Below are positions 13,094 to 25,919 of a stretch of 64,000 nucleotides of DNA, in pieces (position 1 is the first letter of the stretch; each line of letters opens with the position of its first letter). Both the position numbers and the translations under genes were made by a program. Location of the stretch: the NCBI RefSeq assembly GCF_963921235.1, contig NC_086108.1, positions 43,898,001-43,962,000 on the forward strand, in the 5' to 3' direction. Below the pieces are notes generated by a model, which worked only from the letters and a program-made list of their open reading frames with translations, was not told where the DNA came from and made no database searches. This DNA is from Mobula hypostoma. Lineage: Eukaryota.

Positions 13094-13169
13094 ATGGATT
13101 ACTGCGAGGGATTGAGTGTACCGACTGTAGAGCTAGCTAATGGGTTGAAAATCCCAATACTGGGTCTTG
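13094..13169 (+). CDS. Aldo-keto reductase family protein, first coding exon (MDYCEGLSVPTVELANGLKIPILGL-G)
   Basis: ATG at 13094; 25 codons plus 1 nt end at a consensus donor G|GTGAGT (13170). VPTVELANGLKIPILGLG matches the AKR N-terminal LxNGxxIPxLGLGT motif. Downstream exons not found in the window. Confidence 0.8.
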
Positions 13170-14822
13170 GTGAGTTTCTTAATAATATGCTTGACGGTGA
13201 CTTTGCTGACTGGCTCAATTTATTGCTCACCATGTGACTTAAATGCAGACTGCATCCTGTTACAATTATATCTAACTATTCCAGCCTGGTAATTTTATTC
13301 CTGCAGTATTAAATAAGTGACTTGATTTGATGCATCTCTGCTTGTAGAGTAAGCCCTGATTCACGTGCTGCCTGGCACCTCATCACAGCAATTTCCTCAA
13401 CGAGGTCTGAAAATTGGGTCATGTTTTTTGGATTATGGTTTGCAACCCCACCCTAACCACTTTATTCGTGGGAGATTTTATGAAAATTATCAGAAATGAA
13501 TTTGAGCTACAGCTTGTTTAGCAGAGATAGTTCAACGTCCAGAAAAAATAATCTGCAGTTGAACAAAAAAGTTCTTCCAATACAGTATATTAATCCATGA
13601 AATGTAAAATAAAATTTGATACTCTGTCATGAGAGGATTTATTGGGGGGGGGGAATTAAAATTTTGTTCAAATCTATATTTTAAAAGGTAAACTGTGGCA
13701 GAATGTTTTAATGGTGAAATATTAAAATTCAGGATTGCTAAAGGGTAGAATTGTAGATATTTTGAAAGATTGCAGAACTAATGGAGATTACTGAGAAAGT
13801 TAGGAATGAGAACATGAAGTTATTTGTAAAGTGAGTGTTGGAATAATCAAGACTTTAGGTAACAAATGCTGAGATGAGTGTTTTGGCAGCAGGTGGGCAG
13901 ACGTGTAGATTCATTATATGAAACTTTGACTACAGTAATGCAGTAGAGTTGCAAACAGTCTAGTTCATTTTTCAACAGTTGCTAGGGAAAGAAATATTGA
14001 TTCCAAAGGAGCGAAGACTATGACTTTAATCTTCCTACAATTTATTTCGAGAACATTTATGCTCTTCCTGAACTTGATATTAGATAAATAAACAGTCAAG
14101 GTGATTAGGTGATGGTGGGTTAGAATTGGAGTTGTTTGTATGTTCATGGAAGCTGAATCACTGTTTTCAGTTGATGTTACCACAGAGCACCTTTTGATTG
14201 AAAAATAGAGAGGGTGAATGGGTAGATATTTGGGAGCACCAAAGATTATATTGAAGTTTTAGGGGAAAAAAGCTGCTGCAGGTAATCTGAGCTCGGCCAG
14301 GTAAATAAGGTTGAAACCATGCAAGTATAATTGTTCTCAATTAGACAAAGGTAAGGAGATGCTGGAGGAGGAGGAGAGATGGCTAGTGACCATCTTTACA
14401 GGGCATGTTAGCATGAGCTGTAATTGACTTACTGTACAGGCCACATTTTCAGCATAAAACCAGATTATAGAGAGAGGGAGCACCATCAACCTCTATAGTA
14501 TTGCATGGTGCTTGTTATTCAAGGGCAGAAAACACACAACTGCTGCTACATAATGTTTTTAATGTTGCTAGCTGGATTATTTTTCTGAGCATGACCATGT
14601 CAATGTAGATTTATGAAAGGAAAATCATGTACAATATATCTATTGGTGTTCTCAAAGGAATTGATGGAAACAAGCCTGTTGATGTGTATTTAGATTTCCA
14701 GAAGTCACTTGCTAAGGTGCCACATTAGAGGCTGGTGCACACGATAAGAGCTTGCATTTTTGGGAAAAGTGTGCTAACCTGAACTGAAGACCAGTCATCA
14801 GATAAAACGCAGAGAGGTGGAA

Positions 14823-15042
14823 TAACAGATAAAATGCTGGAGGAAATTCGTAGGTCAGGCAGAGAGAAATTCCCACTTTTAAATCTCTTACTAGCTCTTT
14901 CTTCAGTTAGTCCTGACGAAGGGTCAGGAAACGTCAACTGTGCCTCTTCCTAGAGATGCTGCCCGGCCTGCTGCGTTCACCCGCAACTTTGGTGTGTGTT
15001 GCTTGAATTTCCAGCATCTGCAGAATTCCTTGTGTTTGCATT
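14823..15042 (+). mobile_element. Penelope-like tail fragment with damaged hammerhead (14909-14939), preceded by a short inverted tail piece
   Basis: ttcagttagtcctgacgaagggtcaggaaacgtcaactg followed by the family tail gatgctgcccggcctgctgcgttcacc...ccagcatctgcagaattcc. Confidence 0.75.
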
Positions 15043-15616
15043 TTGAAACATAAACTGTTCCTTTCCTTCTGTGGATATTGCCTGGCCTTCACTGTCGTGT
15101 ATGTCACTCATGATTTCCGGCACCTGCACATCTCTTGTATCTCTATGGGTCTTTTACAAGCTTGGAAGGATACAACTAGTAGAGTGTCCCATGAATCAGC
15201 TCTTGACCCTCAATTACTTACTATCTACATTAATCATTGGGGGTGGGGAGCAATCTGTGCAGTTCACTGATGAGATGAAAGTAGAAAGAAGGACCTGCTG
15301 CAATGAGGATGTAGAGAAAATATAGATAGGTTGAATGAGAGGACCAGAATTTGGCACAGAAAGCTTAATGCAGGTGAGTGTGAAGTTATACACTTTTATA
15401 AAGGGAATCAAAAGACAGATTAAACAGTGAGAATTTACAAATGAATGAGTAAAGAGGGATCAAGCTGTTCTGTATGAATCACAAAAAGATAGAATACAGA
15501 TATAGCAAGTTAGGAAGGCAAGTGGCATATTGGCCTTCAGTGTAATGGATTTGGAGTTCAAAATTAGAGAAGTGTTATGATTCTCTTGGGGGTTGCTGAT
15601 GCCACACTGTAACTAC

Positions 15617-16455
15617 TGTGACAAAAGAACCAGTTATCAGAAGATTGATGCCGTTAAGAGGACAATGGGGGAACATGCAAGGTGCTAATAAGAGAGAGAT
15701 GAGAGAGATTACCGAAAGGAGACACGGTTCCGAGTATTGTCAGAGACCGGTGGCTTTGAACCCTGAACTGTTTGAAGTTTGATGGACAGGCGATACCCCA
15801 GCAGGGGGATAAAAAGGGACAGGTTCGCTAAAGCAACAGACACACTACACCACGAGGTAACGAGACCCTGGAAGCGGTGTGCCCCCACAAGTTGCTGGGA
15901 GTTTTGGAGGTCTGGTCGCGGGACCAGCCATAGATGCACAGGGTAGAAAGATACGGTCGGGCGGGAACCCGGTGTGTGTGTCCGCCCTTGCCTGGGTGCC
16001 AGGTTCACCGCAGAAGAACGATCGTATCTGGAACGGAGGGGTCACAATCAGAACACATTACAAAGGGCTCGCCCGAAAGCTAACTGCGAGGAATAGCGAA
16101 GGTCTGTGTGGAATCCGTTTTGAATATTCATTCGCTTTCGCTCTCTTTCTTCTCCCCGCCCCAACGGCACAACAGTGATTACTGTGAACTGAACTGAACT
16201 CAATTGAACTGAACTTTGCGTCACTTGAAACTGGTCATTTACCCCTAGACTGCGATAGAGCTTGATTGATCCTATTATCCTAGTTCTGTGTACGTGTGTG
16301 TTTTATCATTGCTAAACTGTTGCATTTATATCCTCTTGATTAGAGTACTGTGTTACTTATTTCTTTAATAAAACTTTCTTAGTTTCAGTAATCCAGACTC
16401 CAACTAAGTGCTCCATTTCTGCTGGTTTGGCAACCCAGTTACGGGGTACGTAACA
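15617..16455 (+). mobile_element. Solo LTR (family A)
   Basis: TGTGAC...GTAACA termini, 4-bp TSD CTAC (15613-15616 / 16456-16459), AATAAA near the 3' end; near-identical to 31408-32256. Confidence 0.9.
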
Positions 16456-17282
16456 CTACAGAAAGGATATACCAGCATTGGATGAAATCCGGAAGAGAAT
16501 GACTCAGCTAATTCCTAGGTTGAGTAGGATGTCCTATCATAAATGGCCAAAGAACCTGAACATATATTCTTTTAAGTTTAGTAAAATGAGGGGTGATATT
16601 ACTGAAATGCACAAGGTGCTAAAGAGGCACAACAGGGTAGATACTGAGATGCTCCCAGTAGCGGGAGGGTCTCAAACATGGGGATGTAGTTACAAAAGAA
16701 AGGGCTGTCATTTAAAACTGTTGTGTGTAGGATTTTTATTTTCAATGGGTGGTGAGTATCTGGCATGATCTACCCCAGTGTTTTGGAGGTATGAGAGCTA
16801 TTTAAAGAGTAAGTAAATATAATTTTGAAAAACAAAGGAATTGTACCAATTCTCAATCCCTGTAGGATCAGGGAATTGAGATTGCAACCTCCTGTGACAC
16901 CTGACAATATTTTTCTTTTTCTTGTATTCATTGAAATTCCTTTTGAAGGCTACTATTGGACCTACTCAATTTTATCTCATTCAATTCAGCTATAAAGTTT
17001 TAGCAATTAGAATTGGAATAAATAAAGATAAACTATCTACACCTTCATGATTTTAAACCAGAGCAATTGATGATTGTATTAGTTCAAGGGAAAGGATTTA
17101 AACCCTTGTCAGAGGAAAATCTCAGAATGCAACCAAGGAGGACCAAAGTATTGATAAGAAAAGTGAAAGCAGAAATCAGAGCAGGCTGGTGAGAAGGATG
17201 GTAACCACAGAAATATAGAAAGGAAAGGATTAGCAAAAGCCAATGTGGATGCTTTACAGACAGACAGGAAAACTAAATTGGA

Positions 17283-17857
17283 ATATTGCATGCAGGAGTG
17301 AGGGTGTTATGTTGAAGTTGTATAAGACATTGGTGAGGCCTACTTTGGAATATTGTGTGCAGTTTTGGTCATCCACCTACAGGAAATATATCAATAGGTT
17401 TGAAAGAGAACAGAGAAAATTTACAAGGATGTTGCTGGAACTTGCAGACCTGGGTTACAGGAGAAGGTGGAATAGGTTAGAACTTTTTTTTTCCCCACCT
17501 AGAGCATAGCAGAATGAGGGGAGGTAGAATATAAAATTATGAGGGGTATAGTAAAGGCAAACAGGCTTTTTCAACCGAGGTTAAGTGAGACTGGAGTTAG
17601 AGGTCATAGGTTAAGGATGAAAGTTAACATATTTAAGGGGAACTTCTTCATTCAGAGGGTGGAGCAAGCTGCCAGTGGAACTGGTGGATGTGGGTTTGAT
17701 TGCAACGTTTAAGAGGTTTGGATAAGTCCATGGATGGGAGTGGTATAAAGGCCTATGGTCCAGATGCTGATCGATTGGACTTGGTAGAATAGCAGTTTGT
17801 CACGGACTAGATGGGCAAAAACACCTGTTTCTGTGCTGTAGTGCTCTATGACTCTAT
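17283..17857 (+). mobile_element. CR1 LINE 3' end
   Basis: Peptide MLKLYKTLVRPTLEYCVQFWS; tail tgctctatgactcta. Confidence 0.8.
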
Positions 17858-18229
17858 AGTAGAGAATCATGAAATAGCAGAGACATTAAACAACATTCTT
17901 TATCTGTCTTCAAACAAGAAGACAAAAATATCTCTGGAAAAGTTGAGGACAACAGAGTTGGTGTGAATGAAGATCATTAGTTAAAAATTGTAGCACTGGG
18001 GAAATCATTAGAACAGGATGGTAAAAAAGTAATAGGACTAGTAAAGTACAACGTAGGGTTTTGAAAGATGTTGCTCTGGAGTTAGTGGATGAACAAGTCA
18101 TTATCTTACAAAACTTCACAGATTCTAGAACAAATTGAAAAGCAACATGTTCAACTCGTCTTGAAAAGGGGGTTGGGGAGGAGAGGAGAAGAGAGAAAAT
18201 GGGGAAGCACAGAGAAGTTACCGGACATC

Positions 18230-20740
18230 AGGTAATAATAATAACATTACAGTGGCACAGGCAATAAACAGAGAAATACCTGAGGCATGTAAGAATGGAA
18301 CAGCAGTTATCGTGGGGGACTTTAACTTGTACATGGATTGGGTGAATCAAGTTGGTTGAGGCAGTCTTGAGAAGGACTTCATAGAATGCATCCGTGATGG
18401 CTTTCTTGAACAGCATGTTACTGAACTTACAAGGGAACCTCCTATATTAGATCTGGTCCTGTGCAATGAGACAGGTAAAATTAGTGATCTTGTAGGTAGG
18501 GATCCTCTTGGAAAGAGTGATCACAGTATGATTGAGTTTCTCATACAAATACAGGGTGCAATAGTTTCAAAACGTTTCAATATTTCAATCTAAAACCAAT
18601 GTATTATGCCTAAACAATGGAGGCAACAATGGGATGAGGGAGGATTTGGCTAGTGTAGACTGGGAACACAGGATATATGGTGAGACGTTGAGGAAGACTT
18701 TCAAAGAGATTTTCCGACAAAAGTATATTCTAGTTAAAAGCAAGGACAGTAGGAGTGGGGAGAGCCAGCCTTGGATAACTAAGGAAATAAAAGAAGACAT
18801 CAAATTATAAGCGTGTGCATACAAAGTCGCCAAGAATAGTGGGAAACTGGAAGATTGGGAAAACTTTAAAGAGCAACAAAGAACCACTAAGCAAGCAATA
18901 AAGAAAGGGAAACTAGATTATAAAAATAAACTAGCACAAAATATAAAAACAGATAGTTTTTATAATTATATAAAGTGGAAAAGTGTGGCTAAAGTGAACA
19001 CAGGTGCTTTGAAGGAAGAGAAGGGGGAATTGATATTGGGTAATGAGGAAATGACAGAGGTTTTGGAATGACTATCTTGTGTCGGTCTTCATGGTGGAGG
19101 ATATGTCTAACATGCCATAGAGAAATGTTATAGATGCAATGGAAAGTGAGGACCTCGATGCAATAGCTATCACTAAAGAGGTAGTGCTGAGCAAACTTGT
19201 GGGCCTGAAGATAGACAAGTCCCCTGGTCCTGAAGGAATGCAGCCCAGTGTACTGAAAGAAATGGTAGAAGTTATAGTAGAGACTTTGGTCATAATTTAC
19301 CAAAATTCTCTGGACTCTGGACGGGTCCCAGCGGATTGGAAGACAGCAAATGTTATGCCACTATTCAAAAAAAGATCTAGGCCAAAGGCAGGTAACTATA
19401 GGCCAAGCAACACACATCAAAGTTGCTGGTGAACGCAGCAGGCCAGGCAGCATCTCTAGGAAGAGGTACAGTCGAGACCCTTCGACAGGACTAACTGAAA
19501 GAAGAGATAGTAAGAGATTTGAAAGCGGGAGGGGGAGGGGGAGATCCGAAATGATAGGAGAAGACAGGACTGACGAAGGGTCTCGGCCCGAAACGTCGAC
19601 TATACCTCTTCCTAGAGATGCTGCCTTCACCAGCAACTTTGATGTGTGTTGCTTAAATTTCCAGCATTTGCAGAATTCTTCGTGTTTGAGTAACTATAGG
19701 CCAGTTAGTTGGGAAAATGTTTGAAGCTATCATTGAAGAAGAAATAGCGAGGATCTGGAAAGAAATGGATCCATCAGGCAGACACATGGAAGAAGGGACT
19801 GAGTGCAGTGTGTCCAAGTTTGCTGATGATACTAAATTGACTGGAAAAGCAAATTGCGCAGAAGATAAGGGGAGTCTGCAGGGAGATATAGATCGGTTAA
19901 GTGAGTGGGCAAGGATTTGGCAGATGGAGTACAACATTGGTAAATGCAAGGACATCCACTTTGGACGGAAAAATGAAAAATCGGATTATTATTTAAATGG
20001 TAAAAAATTGCAGCATGCTGCTTTGCAGAGGGACTTGAGAGTGCTTGTGCATGAATCAGAAAAAGTTGGTTTGCAGGTGCAGCAGGCTATCAAGAAGGCA
20101 AATGGAATGTTGGTCATTGCTAGAGGGATTGAACTTAAGAGCAGGGAGGTTATGCTGCAGCTGTACAGGGTACTGGTTAGGCTGCACCTGGAGTACTGCG
20201 TGCAGTTCTGGTCTCCTTACTTGAGGAACGATATACTGGCTTTGGAGGCAGTGCAGAGGATATTCCCCAGGTGGATTCCAGAGATGAGGGGGTTAGACTA
20301 TGAGGAGAGATTGAGTCGCCTGGGACTGTACTCAATGGAATTCAGTAAAATGAGAGGAGATATACATATACATATACAATTATGAAAGGCATAGATAAGA
20401 TAGAGGCAGGAAAGTTGTTTCCATTGGTAGGTGAGACTAAAACTAGGGGACATAGCCTCAAGATTCAGGGGAGTAGATTTAGGACGGAGATGAGGAGAAA
20501 CTTTTTCACAGACAGTAGTGAATATGTGGAATTCTCTGCCCAATGAAGCAGTGAAGGCTACCTCAGTAAATATATTTAAGACAAGGTTGGATAGATTTTT
20601 GCATAATAGGGGAATTAAGGGTTATGGGAAAAAGGCAAGTTGGTGTAAATGAGTCTGTGGCCAGAGATCTTATTGAATGACGGAGCAGGCTCGACGGGCC
20701 AGATGGCCTACTCCTGCTCCTATTTCTTATGTTCTTATCA
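18230..20740 (+). mobile_element. CR1 LINE with internal deletions, hosting an inverted Penelope-tail insertion
   Basis: Peptides KSPGPEGMQPSVLKE, DWKTANVMPLFKK, SKFADDTKL, LEYCVQFWSPY; 3' tail tatttcttatgttctta. Confidence 0.88.
19406..19689. mobile_element. Non-coding inverted (tail-only) Penelope-like insertion with two hammerhead remnants
   Basis: 19406-19569 is the family tail on the minus strand; 19570-19689 is the tail on the plus strand starting at CTGACGA. 14-bp TSD GTAACTATAGGCCA (19392-19405 / 19690-19703). Confidence 0.88.
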
Positions 20741-21344
20741 GTAATAAAATAATGTTAAAATCAATTACAAATAAATGCACACTTGATATATTTTATTAGC
20801 ATTCGCCAAAGGCAACTTTAGGCAGTCCTGTTAGTACATACCAAATATATGTAAATCACATATGACAAATCCATTAGATTTTTTTGAGGTTGCAACTTGA
20901 AGAATGGATAAGAACAAACCAGCTGATGTGGTGTATTTGAACATTCAGAAGGCCTTTGATAAGTTCCACACAAAAGATTATTAAACGAAAGTGCATGTAT
21001 GCTCTTGCGTAATGTATTCATGTGGATTGGGCAGAAAATAAGTGATGAATTAACAGATTTTTTTCAAGTTGAGTGGCAATGACCGGTAGAATCATGATGA
21101 GAGCCTCCACTCCTCTACTGTGCCAGTTTTGCTTATTACTCAATTCCTTGATCTTTCAAAAATATTGACTTCTTTGTCAAGACTATAAAAATGGATTGAG
21201 TTACTTATAGCAATTCTTATATCAACATTTTTGCTGATCTCTTCCTCTTTCTCTGCTCTATATCATTGAAATTTCTTGCATTTCGGATACCAATGACCTT
21301 TTTATTCCTCCTTTTCAAGCAGTCAGTGATTCTGTTACTCTCTT

Positions 21345-22100
21345 AGCAAAATGGGGGAAGGGGGAGGAATGCAAGGTGGCAGATGATAGGTGAGACCAGG
21401 TGATGGGGAAGGTAGACGGGTGAGTGGGAGAGTGGGAAATGATATAAGAAGCTGAGAGGAGACAGGTGGAAGAGGTGAAGGACTGAAGAAGAAGAAATCT
21501 AATTGGAGAGGACAGTGGACCATGGAATAAAGGGAAGGAGGTGATGGTTAGGTCTTGAGAGTGGAGGAGGAGAAGAAAATGGGTGAGAGGGTAACCAGAA
21601 TGGAGAATGGATATAGAAAGAAGGGGGCAGTGGGGAAAATAGACAGGTGTGATTATCAGAAACTAGAGAAATCACGTTCATATCATCAGGTTGGAAGCTA
21701 CCCAAATGGAATATGAGTTTGGCCTCATCATGGCAGTGGAGGAAGCCATGGACTGATATGTCAGAATGGGAATGGAAGTCAAATTGAAATGGGTGGCAAC
21801 CAGGAGATCCTGTCTTTTTCAGCAGACAGAGCAGAGGTGCTCAATAAGTGGTCCTCCAATTTGTATCACATACCATCGACGTAGAGGAGGCCACTATGGG
21901 AGCACCAGGTAAAATACGTAGCCGTGACAGACTTGCAGGTGGAGTGTTGCCTCACTGAAAGGGCTATTTGGGGCTTTGAATGGTGGTGGAGAAGGAGGTC
22001 CGGGGCAGATGTTATGCTTATCACACTTGCCAAGATAAGTGCCAGGAGGGAGATGCATGTGCTCTAGGTTTCTAGCATCTGCAGAGTCCCTTGTATTTAT
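21345..22100 (-). mobile_element. Older Penelope-like GIY-YIG remnant
   Basis: Degenerate similarity to 4300-4840 (atcatcaggttggaagctaccca, atgtcagaatgggaatgg). Confidence 0.7.
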
Positions 22101-23332
22101 GCCTTACTGTTCTTTCTACATTTCTATATTTCTATTGTGCTGTCGTTTCTATATTAGTTGTGACACTAAATATGATAGTATCATAAAAATTCAAGGAAGA
22201 GAGAGAGGGAGGGTGATGGGAGGAGAGGGAATGGCTTGGCAGAGAGAGTGAAATAAACACAGAGAGATGGAATGAGAGAGAGAAAAGCAGGAGAGGGAAA
22301 CAATTACATTGAGTGAGTGTTACAGTTGAGGGAGTTGATAATATTATTTATTTATTCATTTGATAAAGACAGTCTTAGTAAGGCTGTAAATTGCCTCTGA
22401 ACTAATTCCTTGTTATTCAATCACATTGGTGTGTTTGGATTCACCTTGAGTAGACTGGGTATAAGTGACATATTTACTGCCCTGATGAATACCAATGAAC
22501 TAGGTGAGTTTTTACAACTGTTTTATGATTTCATCATCACCATTACCAAAGTTATCTTTTAAACTGTAGATGTAGTTAATTCCCTACCAGAGGAGGAACG
22601 TGTGCATCTGGATTAATTGCCCATTTCTGTGGATATAGTGCACCAATTTAGAACTTGTACTGCAGTAAGCAGTTTATTACCACGGGGGAAGGGAGATATC
22701 TGACTGAGTAAAAAATGCATTGTCCCCGCAGATCTTGGGGATGCTTAGACCATGACACCTCAAAGTAGACAAGCAGCATTCAAGATAAAATTGTAAACTT
22801 CAGGTTCAGGCATTTGGAGCACACTGAAGCCCAGAGCAGCAGCAGAAAGAGTACACTACCTTCCAAATACTTACCAGGCATCTCCGTCCCATGTGTGGAT
22901 GTCTCCAATTCCCACCTCAAAACTCACGTAGTCAGAGAGGAAGCAATGAACCTTTGATCCCAAGGGATTGATCAAGAGAAAGAATTTTCAAGGAAAAAAT
23001 ATCTGATGAATGTTTGAATTACACAGTATCAGAATCAGCATTCTATTTTAAGTAGGTACAGGATATTACTGGCAATCAACGTGATGCTCAAGCCATTGTG
23101 TCCTTGTCCTGACGTCTGTTTTCTGGTAATGCAGCAAGCCTTCTCTTAGACTTGATATTCATTTTGTCTAAGTCATTTGCAAACACAACCTCTACAGCAA
23201 GGCAGGATTCTCTGAGATTCAAAAGCATGTAGTTACATGAAAATAATGCGATGTTATTTAAAATACAAGTTTTGAAGAACAGCAGTGAAAATTAAGTTCT
23301 GTAATGTTTAATTTATTCATGCTTCTGTGTAT

Positions 23333-25140
23333 TAGAGTCATACAGAAGTACTGTGCAGAAACAGGCCCTTTGGCACATCTAGTCCTTGCTAAACCATATA
23401 GACTACCTAATCCCATGGACCTGAGCCGGAACCATAGCCCTCCATACCTCTACTATCCATATGCCTATCCAAACTTCGCTTAAACGTTGAAATCAAGCTC
23501 GCATACATCACTTCTGCTGGCAGCTCATTCTACACTCTCATGACCCTCTGAGTGAAGAAGTTTCCCCTCATGTTCCCCTTGAACTTTTCACCTTAACCTC
23601 TGGCTGTTGTCCCATCCAACCTCATAGAAAAAGCCTGCTTGTATTTACCTTATCTATACCCCTCATAATTATGTATACCTGTATCAAATCTCCCTCAGTC
23701 TTCTATGTTCTAAGGAATAAAGTCTTAACCTATTCAATCATTCTTTATAACTTAGATCCTCCAGACCTGCCAACATCCTTGTAAATGTTCTCTGTACTCT
23801 TTCAATCTTTACATCTTTCCTGTAGATAGGTGACCAAAACTGCTCACAATACTCCAGATTAGGTCTCGTCAATGTCTTGTACAACTTCAACATAACATCC
23901 CATCTCCTGTACTCAGTACATTGATTTATGAAGGCCAAGTAGCCAAAAGCTTTCTTTAATGCCCTATCTATGCTGTGACACCACTTTCAACAACTTATGG
24001 GCCTGTGTTCCCAGATCCCTTTGTTCTACCACACTACTCAGTGCCCTATACAGTTCACTGTGTAAGATCTACCCATGGTCCTACCAAAGTGCAACACTTT
24101 GCATTCGACTGCATTAAATTCCATCTGCTGTTTTTCAGCTGATGCAAATCCCTCTGCAAGCCACGATAGCCTTCCTCGCTGTCCACTACACCCCCAATCT
24201 TGGTGCCATCTACAAATTTGCTGATCCAATTAACCACATTATCATTCAGATTGTTGATATAGATGACAAACAACAAGGGACACAGCACCGATCACTGCTG
24301 CACACCACTAGTCACAGGCCTTCTGTCAGAGAAGCAACCATCAACTACCACTCTCTGGTTTCTCCCACAAAGCCAGTATCTAATCCAGTTTACTACCTTC
24401 TCTTGAATGCTGAGTGACTGAACCTTGACCAATCTTCAACGCGGAATCTTGTCAAATGCCTTGCTAAAATCCATGTAGATAATGTCCACTGCCTTGCCTT
24501 CATCCGCTTTCTTAGTAACTTCCATGTCTATCCAAATACTCATATATCCGGTCCCTTAGAATAACTTTTCCACAACTGATATCAGACTCACTGGCTTATA
24601 ATTTCCTGGTTTATGTTTTGCGCCTTTCTTAAGCAGTGGAACAATATTGACTATCCTTTAATCAACTGGTATCTCTCCTGTCGCAAAGAATGATTTAAAT
24701 ACCTTTGCTAAGGCCCTGGAATTTCTGCACTTGCCTCCCATAGGGTTCGAAGGAACACCTTGTCAGGTCCTGGGGATTTATCCACCCAGATTTGCCTCAG
24801 TATAGCAAACACCTCTCTTGTAATCTATATCGGGTCCATGAAGTTGATTGCATTTTGCCTCATTTCTATAGGCTCTGTGTCCATCTCCAGAGTAAATACA
24901 GCTGGAAAAAAATAATTTAAGATTTTCCCCCATCTGTTTTGGCTCCACACATGAATTACTATTCCGATCTTCCAGAGAACCAATTGCAATCCTTTTGCTC
25001 TTAACATATCTGTAGAATCCCTTGAGATTCTCCTTTACATTGTCTACTAGAGCAACCTCATGCCTTCTTTTTCTTTCACTCCTGATTTCTTTCATAAGTG
25101 AAAGAAATTTCTTTTGCATTTCTTATACTCCATAAACACC
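23333..25140 (-). mobile_element. CR1 LINE remnant with 3' end
   Basis: Minus-strand peptides MLKLYKTLTRPNLEYCEQFWSP, WISKFVDGTKIGG, KGFYRYVKSKR. Confidence 0.82.
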
Positions 25141-25164
25141 TCATTTGGTCCTACCACCCTATAC

Positions 25165-25915
25165 CTGCACTTCATCATGACAATAGACAGCTCATCCTGC
25201 TCTTCTTGGGCACTGGTATGGTTGTTGCCCTTTTGAAGAAGGTGGAAACCCACGACTACAGCAATGAGAGATTGAAGACATCCTTGAACACTTCTACCAG
25301 TTGGTTGGCAAGGTTTTCAGGGCTCTACCAGGTACACCATCAGGCCTGCCGCCTTGAGAGGATTCACCCTATTGAAAGATGTTCTGATGTTGGCCTTCAA
25401 GATAGAAATCACATGGTCACCAGATGCTACAGGGATATGCACAGATGTAGTTTTATTCTCGCTTTCAAAGAGAGTATAAAAGGTGTTGAGCTCTGGGCGT
25501 GAAGCATCACAACCATTCATGATGTTAGGATTTGCTTTGTAGGAAGTAATGGCATGATGTACATCCGATTCCATCTCTAACCACAATTGGAATTTCTTTT
25601 TCACTCAAAATAGTCTTCAGTAGGTTGAACCTGGACTTCTTGTATAGTTCTGCATCACTGGTCTTGAATGCCACTGAGCTAGCCCTCAGAAGACTATGAA
25701 TCACTTGGTTCATCCATGGCTTTTGGTTTTGGTTTCTCCAGTATGTTCTTGAAGGCACACACTTATCCACACGGGTCTTGATGAAGTTGGTGACAACTGT
25801 GGTGTATTCATTCAGACTTGACGATCAATCCTTGAATATAGTCTAGTCCACCAACTCAAAGCAATCCTGTAAGCATTCCTCCAACTCCCTTAACCATACC
25901 TGCTTGGTCCTCGCC
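25165..25915 (-). mobile_element. Rex1/Babar-type LINE fragment
   Basis: Peptides NQKPWMNQVIHSLL, ELNTFYTLFE, RVNPLKAAG. Confidence 0.7.
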
Positions 25916-25919
25916 ACTG

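Larger units (their letters stand above)
14590..16830 (+). mobile_element. Old CR1 remnant hosting a Penelope tail fragment and a solo LTR
   Basis: gatgtgtatttagatttccagaag (RT D-V-Y-L-D-F-Q-K) and CR1 3' coding-like sequence either side of 15617-16455. Confidence 0.6.
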
